From the NCBI GenBank assembly GCA_023261745.1, contig JAGDXR010000026.1, positions 1-44,329 on the forward strand: 44,329 nucleotides of DNA, in the 5' to 3' direction. This document shows positions 38,697 to 44,329 of this stretch, one piece after another. A model generated the notes under the pieces. That model was not told the DNA's origin. It worked only from the letters and a program-made list of their open reading frames with translations, and did no database searches. The translations under genes and the position numbers were made by a program. Position 1 is the first letter of the stretch. The number at the start of each line of letters is the position of its first letter. Source of the DNA: Thermoplasmata archaeon (lineage in GTDB: Archaea; Thermoplasmatota; Thermoplasmata; Thermoplasmatales; ARK-15).

Positions 38697-39692
38697 TCAG
38701 CTCGAAAGATATATCTGATTCATATTTAAAGGCGTTACCTTTCCTGCCAGATTAGGATATAATGTTTGAAATACCATGTATATACCAATAAATATCTGAG
38801 GCCCTGGCTCTTCAATGTAATAGTCCGGAAGTATTATGAAATGCTTTAATTTTACAGCAGTAATGTTGGAAAACATGCTGTTGTTTTCAAACTGATTTAA
38901 AAGAAACGCCTGGGATTGTGATACAAGGATCCATTGTGGGTTTTCATTTACTATGCTCTCTGGATTTGCTATGTAATAACCAACTCCCACCGATCCTGTA
39001 TTTATTCCACCGGCCTGAATGATAAGATCGTTTATGAATGTATTTTCGCCGGCCGTCCATATTGGATTGTACCATCCAAGATAAAATACAGTACTTCTGT
39101 TTGTAACATTGGCAGTAATGCCATTCAGATCTGTTTCAAATGATTCTATTGCATTTATAATCTTTGATGCATTTGAAACATCATCTGTGGCATATCCAAG
39201 CATGAATATATCATGTATTATTCCATCGAGGTTTTCAGGATTCATGAATAAAACGGGAATGCCGGCATTCTCGATCTGTGTTATTGCATTTGGATCGTAT
39301 ATTCCTCCATATGCAAGTACAAGGTTCGGATTTAATGAGAGAACCTTTTCAACAGAAACGTTCGTTAACCCACCTACTTTTGTGATGTTTACAGCTCCCT
39401 GAGGAAACGTATCATAAACGGTATCCCCCACTACATCTTTACCCAGTCCTATGGAAAATGCAATTTCCGTGCATGATGGGGCAAGGGACACTATCCTGTT
39501 AACAGGTTCCTTTATTTTTACAATATTGTTTAGATCATCTATTACACTGACATAATTTATCTGAGCCGTCTGATTTTTTGACTGTGCTGTTGAACTCTGG
39601 TTTTTAATTGAATTTACAGTGTAATAATATCCTCCAAAGAACGACAGTACTAGAACCACAATTATTATTATCGCGGCAACAGAATTCTTCAT
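38697..39692 (-). CDS. btuF: Corrinoid/iron-chelate ABC transporter substrate-binding protein (BtuF-like)
   Basis: N-terminal anchor, RIVSLAPSCTEI, VEKVLSLNP, TAGENTFINDLI..AGG, EPGP; first gene of the cob operon. Confidence 0.85.
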   Translation of the reverse strand: MKNSVAAIIIIVVLVLSFFGGYYYTVNSIKNQSSTAQSKNQTAQINYVSVIDDLNNIVKIKEPVNRIVSLAPSCTEIAFSIGLGKDVVGDTVYDTFPQGAVNITKVGGLTNVSVEKVLSLNPNLVLAYGGIYDPNAITQIENAGIPVLFMNPENLDGIIHDIFMLGYATDDVSNASKIINAIESFETDLNGITANVTNRSTVFYLGWYNPIWTAGENTFINDLIIQAGGINTGSVGVGYYIANPESIVNENPQWILVSQSQAFLLNQFENNSMFSNITAVKLKHFIILPDYYIEEPGPQIFIGIYMVFQTLYPNLAGKVTPLNMNQIYLSS

Positions 39693-39776
39693 TATATCAC
39701 CCTGAACTTAAATTTATTTTAATTATTTAAAATTTACTTGAATAAGATTAAATATGATTTTTTATAACTGTAATGT

Positions 39777-40358
39777 ATGAATGACACTTATTCATTGTAT
39801 AAGCTTGCTGAATCTACCGTCTGCATGATGAAATGGGATGACTGTGTATACTTTTATTCCGTTCTTCTCCAGAGAGATGATATTCCTGAAGATCTGTTGG
39901 CCGGTGCCTGGCATGGGTATGGGGATTGTCTTGAAAAGGTAAAAAGAAAAGAGGAAAGTATCATGGCTTATGAAAAAGCACTGGAATATCATATAAGGGA
40001 TTCAATAAAAATGGAGAAGGCAGGATCCTACCTATGGGGTTCCTGGGCTGCACTAAAACTTAACAAACCCGATCTGGCATACGAAATGATAAAAAAGTCT
40101 TTGGATATTGATCCGGATTATGCATATTCCTGGTTAACATTATCTGTAATTGCAACAAAACTCAAAAAGATTGATGAGGCAAAAATGGCCAGAGAAAAAT
40201 ACAAGAATATTGTTGAAATTAAACCATATAAAAACAGGGTTTGTGAAGGTCTTGAAATGCTTAATTCAATAATAAACAATCTTGAAGGTGAAATTAAGGA
40301 AAGGGCTGAAAAAATACTTAAAAATACATGGTGTAAAGAAAATGATATTGAAAAATGA
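39777..40358 (+). CDS. Tetratricopeptide-repeat protein
   Basis: TPR-like segments AWHGYGDCL...AYEKALE and ...KKSLDIDPDYAYSW; overlaps btuC start. Confidence 0.8.
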   Translation: MNDTYSLYKLAESTVCMMKWDDCVYFYSVLLQRDDIPEDLLAGAWHGYGDCLEKVKRKEESIMAYEKALEYHIRDSIKMEKAGSYLWGSWAALKLNKPDLAYEMIKKSLDIDPDYAYSWLTLSVIATKLKKIDEAKMAREKYKNIVEIKPYKNRVCEGLEMLNSIINNLEGEIKERAEKILKNTWCKENDIEK

Positions 40359-41352
40359 AAAATCCAAAGGTTATTTTACTTTACTTATAATTATCGTTTC
40401 ATTTTTTGTTATAATTTTTTCACTTTCCATTGGTCCGGTAAATATTTCCTTTATTGATATTCTTAAATATATATTTTTGATAAAGGATGGGGGGATTTTT
40501 GGTACAATAATTTTTGATATTCGAATGCCAAGAATACTACTCGCATTCATTGTTGGGGGATCCCTCTCATCTGTTGGAGTTGTCATGCAATCAGTATTCA
40601 GAAACCCTCTTGCGGATCCTTATATAACCGGAACTGCATCCGGGGCAGCATTTGGAGCAACAATAGCAGTGATATTGAATATATATTTGATTTCTGTCCT
40701 CTATCTGCCCCTATTTGCGTTTCTGGGCGCAATGTTTGCAACAACACTCGCATTTACTATATCATATTTATCGGGAGGAAAAAGAAGTGAAAATCTTTTG
40801 CTTGCCGGTCTCGGGATTTCAATATTCTTTTCATCGATTGTATCCTACATGATGTACCTTGACGGCAAGGACCTTGATTACCTGTTTTACTGGCTAATGG
40901 GGAGTTTCAGCGGATCTCAGATGTACATGGTTTATATAACATTTTCAATATTTTTGCCTTCTTCAATTTTACTTTTTATATTTTCAAGGGATCTGGATTT
41001 ATTCATGCTCGGTGAAGAACACGCAAAATCGCTCGGCATGGATGTTGGTTCTAAAAGAATTTTATTCTATTTCATCTCTTCACTTTTGACAGGAGTAAGC
41101 GTTGCATTCGTAGGCATTATTGGATTTGTTGGATTGATAATCCCCCATATTATAAGGATGATGGGAGGGGCATCAAACAGATTCGTACTTTTAAATTCAA
41201 TTTTTCTAGGTGGTTCATTCATGGTAATTTCAGATACCATTGCCAGATCATTCAACATAATAGAAGAACTGCCCGTTGGAATCGTTACATCTATTGTAGG
41301 AATACCATTCTTCCTCTATCTGATTGCAGTTGAGAGGAGGTACTGGTCATGA
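40342..41352 (+). CDS. btuC: Corrinoid/iron-chelate ABC transporter permease (BtuC/FecCD family)
   Basis: IRMPRILL, Q.VFRNPLADPYITG, WLMGS, GEEHAKSLG, GIIGFVGLIIPH, ELPVGIVTS..G.PFF. Confidence 0.88.
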   Translation: MILKNEKSKGYFTLLIIIVSFFVIIFSLSIGPVNISFIDILKYIFLIKDGGIFGTIIFDIRMPRILLAFIVGGSLSSVGVVMQSVFRNPLADPYITGTASGAAFGATIAVILNIYLISVLYLPLFAFLGAMFATTLAFTISYLSGGKRSENLLLAGLGISIFFSSIVSYMMYLDGKDLDYLFYWLMGSFSGSQMYMVYITFSIFLPSSILLFIFSRDLDLFMLGEEHAKSLGMDVGSKRILFYFISSLLTGVSVAFVGIIGFVGLIIPHIIRMMGGASNRFVLLNSIFLGGSFMVISDTIARSFNIIEELPVGIVTSIVGIPFFLYLIAVERRYWS

Positions 41353-42134
41353 TCTCTCTAAAAAATGTGGATTTTTCATACGGTGGAGAATTCAGTCTTA
41401 AAAACATAAATATGGAGATAAATGATGGAAAAATTATTTCTGTCCTTGGTCCCAACGGGTCAGGAAAAACCACACTGTTAAAAATCATTTCTGGCATCAT
41501 TAACGATTACTCAGGTGATGTTTTTGTTGATAATTACAATATAAAAAATATTCATAGAAAAATTCTTTCAAGAATCATATCATATGTTCCGCAGGATCTT
41601 ACCCTCGGTTTCGATTTTTCTGTAAAAGAGATCGTGATGATGGGGAGATATCCACATATCCCCTTACTATCAGATCTTAATAAACATGATTTAGATATCG
41701 TGAAAAATGCAATGGAAATTACAGGAATAAAAAATCTTGAAAACAGGTCAATAAGAGAAATTTCAGGAGGGGAAAAGCAGAGGGTTTTGATCGCAAGGGC
41801 TATTGCCCAAGAATCCAGGGTTATAGTTCTTGATGAACCCACATCAAACCTTGATATAAAATATCAGCTGGAGATAATGAAATTGCTCAATAAAATGGTC
41901 AAAAATGGAGATAAAACGGTAATCATGAGCATGCATGATATAAACCTTTCAATAAGGTTCTGTGATGAGATATTTCTGATGAATGAAGGAAAAATGGTTT
42001 CGAGTGGTAAACCGGATGAAGTTATAAATGACAAAATCCTTTCTTCTGTATATGGAATAAATGCAAAGGTACTAAGGAACGGGGATGGAAGAATCGTTTA
42101 TGTTTTTCCCGATGAATTCAACGGGCATGGATAA
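41349..42134 (+). CDS. btuD: Corrinoid/iron-chelate ABC transporter ATP-binding protein (BtuD/FecE-like)
   Basis: GPNGSGKTT, VPQ, MGRYPH, ISGGEKQR, LDEPTSNLD, MHDIN. Confidence 0.88.
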   Translation: MISLKNVDFSYGGEFSLKNINMEINDGKIISVLGPNGSGKTTLLKIISGIINDYSGDVFVDNYNIKNIHRKILSRIISYVPQDLTLGFDFSVKEIVMMGRYPHIPLLSDLNKHDLDIVKNAMEITGIKNLENRSIREISGGEKQRVLIARAIAQESRVIVLDEPTSNLDIKYQLEIMKLLNKMVKNGDKTVIMSMHDINLSIRFCDEIFLMNEGKMVSSGKPDEVINDKILSSVYGINAKVLRNGDGRIVYVFPDEFNGHG

Positions 42135-43388
42135 ATGCCTTCTGGCAATTTCAGGGACCTGGTAATATTCCGGTTTTATATCCCTCTCGATTCTAATTTT
42201 AATTTTTTCAGGATAGTATGTTCCGCATCTCCTGCACCTGAACCCCTTTCCCCTACCAGCAGATTCCATGGATTTTTTGCATACCGGACATTTCGGATTC
42301 TCATATTCATATTTTTCAGAAAGGCTTAGGATTCTTATCTTTTCAATATTGAGCGTATCATTATATTTCTTGACTGAACCATATATAACAATTTTATCAC
42401 CGGATTCAAGTTTTTCTATTATCTCTCTGAACTGTAATGTATGATCATATGCCGCAACATTAATTATTCCTGTAGAATCAGAAATTCTGAATAAAACATG
42501 TCCGCCCGGAATTCTTCTGGGTTTTTCAATAACCTCTCCCTTAATCATGTATGATCGGTATTCCCTAATATTAGATATTTTTCCCTTTATAATATGATCA
42601 TCTGTTCCCTGGTTGGTTTTAAATATGATATAAGAATCAAAATGATCAGATCTGACAATTTTCATGGCATTTTCCAGATCATGAAAATCTGTTCCCCGTA
42701 TACCATATAAAACTGGTGTCAGCGTTTCAGGCTTTATCATGATCTTCCTGTTCAGGTAATCATAATTTTCAAATGTGGTTTTTATCCTATTATCCATTTC
42801 AATAACTGATTTTTCATCCACAAACCTTTCCTGGCTCCATTTATCTTCTGACAAGTAGGTTAAAAGTTCAAGGGTAAATTTTTTCGGCCTCCATGATATT
42901 GCGGATGCCGCTCCTATTAATCCAAGTTTTCTCTTGTAACCTCTATAATGAGATTTTTTTAAGAAAATTTCTATATCATCAAAAGATAACACATCCCTGA
43001 CTGCCATCCAGTATAATTTTTCACTTATCTTTTTTTCCGTTACAACTATTCCCGGTGATGTTTTTTCAACATTAAACAATGCATATTTTTCTACTATTCC
43101 GGAAACATAGTCAAGTATGGATTCTGGATCGGGTTCTTCCCTTATGTGAGAATATGCAAAAATGTCTTTGCCTTTTACATTCCCTATCTTGATTTTTTCC
43201 CCTTTTCCTTTACCAATTCTAATTGAGATTGCAGCATTTCCCCTGGTTTTCCATGGAATATTAGGATTTAGCCTTACAAGCCTTGGAAGGCCTATAAGGT
43301 CATACCGTGTATTTTCTGCTATTTTTATTGCCAGGTATGTAGTGCACATACCTTTTGGGCCATCAGTATCATCTATACCAATCCACAT
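42072..43388 (-). CDS. tiaS: tRNA(Ile2) agmatinylcytidine synthetase
   Basis: IGIDDTD...GMCTTY, PRLVRLNPNIPWKTRGN, PVLYGIRG, TNQGTDDH, OB fold, CPVC...CRRC, RRHL. Confidence 0.95.
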   Translation of the reverse strand: MWIGIDDTDGPKGMCTTYLAIKIAENTRYDLIGLPRLVRLNPNIPWKTRGNAAISIRIGKGKGEKIKIGNVKGKDIFAYSHIREEPDPESILDYVSGIVEKYALFNVEKTSPGIVVTEKKISEKLYWMAVRDVLSFDDIEIFLKKSHYRGYKRKLGLIGAASAISWRPKKFTLELLTYLSEDKWSQERFVDEKSVIEMDNRIKTTFENYDYLNRKIMIKPETLTPVLYGIRGTDFHDLENAMKIVRSDHFDSYIIFKTNQGTDDHIIKGKISNIREYRSYMIKGEVIEKPRRIPGGHVLFRISDSTGIINVAAYDHTLQFREIIEKLESGDKIVIYGSVKKYNDTLNIEKIRILSLSEKYEYENPKCPVCKKSMESAGRGKGFRCRRCGTYYPEKIKIRIERDIKPEYYQVPEIARRHLSMPVEFIGKNINDSSIPVP

Positions 43389-43443
43389 TGAACAAAATTA
43401 AGAATTGTAAAATTTATAATTTACCCTTTTTATTATAATATGG

Positions 43444-43692
43444 ATGATGTCTGAATTGTTAGCAGGTGTGCAATTTGCTCTTTCAGTGTTTTTTACAGCA
43501 ATATCCCTCAGATCATTTTTGATCAGGAGGGATATGAAATATGGATTCTTCCTTGTCTCAATGCTATCATTTTTAATCGAATCAATCATAGTTTTTATAA
43601 ACTCTTCTCTTGAATACCTGACACCTACATGGTTCTTTCTGTCATTCAATATTGTAATCATGGTATTCCTGTTCCTGGCGATGGTAAGGTGA
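43444..43692 (+). CDS. Small membrane protein (about three TM helices)
   Basis: 82 aa, hydrophobic; its 3' end carries the GGTGA RBS of the next gene. Confidence 0.65.
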   Translation: MMSELLAGVQFALSVFFTAISLRSFLIRRDMKYGFFLVSMLSFLIESIIVFINSSLEYLTPTWFFLSFNIVIMVFLFLAMVR

Positions 43693-43696
43693 TCTT

Positions 43697-44215
43697 TTGG
43701 TTTTAAATCTGGAAAGTAGAAGGAAAATATACGAAACTATCGAAAAAAATCCTGGTATACATTTCAGGGAATTACTCAAGATTCTGAATATGAATACAGG
43801 GGAATTACAGTACCATCTGAACGTTTTGATTAAAAATAATCTTATTTCGGAAAAGGAAATAGACAATCTAAAGGTATACTTTCCAATAAAGATGCCAAAC
43901 CAGATGATGAAAACTGTATTACCATATTTAAGGAACTCCATTACAAAGAGAATTATAATAAACATTGCAATGAATCCAGGCATTACACTAATTGGATTAT
44001 ATTCAATGGTGAATACTTCAAAGAAAACTTTAACAAACAATCTAACAAAACTGAAGGAAAGAAAAATAATAAGAGAGATATGTGAAGAAAAAGAATGCAG
44101 ATATTATCTTTACGATGAAGAACTGATAATAAATACCCTGACAACATACAGGGAATCGCTTTTTGATGAACTTGTAGGCAAATTTATGGAATTCATGGAA
44201 CGAAATAGAAAATGA
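43697..44215 (+). CDS. Winged helix-turn-helix transcriptional regulator (tandem HTH, archaeal type)
   Basis: RRKIYETIEKNPGIHFREL...GELQYHLNVL and a second HTH NPGITLIGL...SKKTLTNNLTKL. Confidence 0.87.
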   Translation: MVLNLESRRKIYETIEKNPGIHFRELLKILNMNTGELQYHLNVLIKNNLISEKEIDNLKVYFPIKMPNQMMKTVLPYLRNSITKRIIINIAMNPGITLIGLYSMVNTSKKTLTNNLTKLKERKIIREICEEKECRYYLYDEELIINTLTTYRESLFDELVGKFMEFMERNRK

Positions 44216-44329
44216 TCATTTTATATGCGCTTTAATGAACCTGTACCCTAAAAGATCTGTTGGTAACTCCGCATTTTAACCCATATGAGAAATATTCCTA
44301 AAAAGATCCTTAAAACACTTGATGAAATC

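Noticed and set aside
39693..39776. Cobalamin riboswitch upstream of btuF
   Set aside because: Only 84 bp of AT-rich sequence with no B12-box or stable stems.
42072..42134. 63-bp convergent overlap of btuD and tiaS, and other tail-to-tail overlaps
   Set aside because: Common in compact archaeal genomes; both proteins have complete domains.
1398..44040. Numerous short ORFs overlapping called genes on the opposite strand or in another frame
   Set aside because: They lie within well-supported genes and show no recognisable motifs.
1..44329. CRISPR array, rRNA, or Sec/Pyl recoding
   Set aside because: No regularly spaced repeats, no rRNA-like segment, and no gene interrupted by an in-frame stop at a conserved position was seen.
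44248..44329. Possible 3' end of a minus-strand membrane protein (ISSSVLRIFLGIFLIWVKMRSYQQIF*)
   Set aside because: Too short and truncated by the window edge to support a call.

Overview
AT-rich archaeal chromosomal segment, most consistent with a Thermoplasmata lineage outside the Thermoplasmatales (topoisomerase VI, TiaS, MptA, archaeal CobY/CobT/CbiZ, BRE/TATA promoters, many apparently leaderless genes). In order, it contains: an IS200/IS605-family element whose tnpB runs off the left edge (missing from the ORF track), tRNA-Ser(CGA), an M42 aminopeptidase, a PLP aminotransferase, an oppABCDF-type peptide ABC transporter, a molybdopterin oxidoreductase, a co-directional run mptA, top6B, top6A, rqcH, two GT2 genes, purH and a class II aldolase, a three-gene SPFH/zinc-ribbon operon, an FAH-family gene, a 231-bp MITE related to the tnpB element, mdh, an orphan dehydratase activase, a TatD-family gene, moaA, ogg, a ~10 kb cobinamide uptake/salvage cluster with an unexplained radical SAM gene and a TPR gene, tiaS and an HTH regulator pair. 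The most notable signal is that the TnpB has Tyr in place of the RuvC-I catalytic Asp yet is open over all 233 visible codons, and that a related non-autonomous copy 26 kb away has lost almost all of tnpB but keeps the promoter region, the omegaRNA scaffold and the right end. Together they are a candidate nuclease-dead (TldR-like) RNA-guided system with a possible trans-encoded guide. Simple decay of the element cannot be excluded from this window. All protein calls are from motif recognition by eye; no database searches were run.
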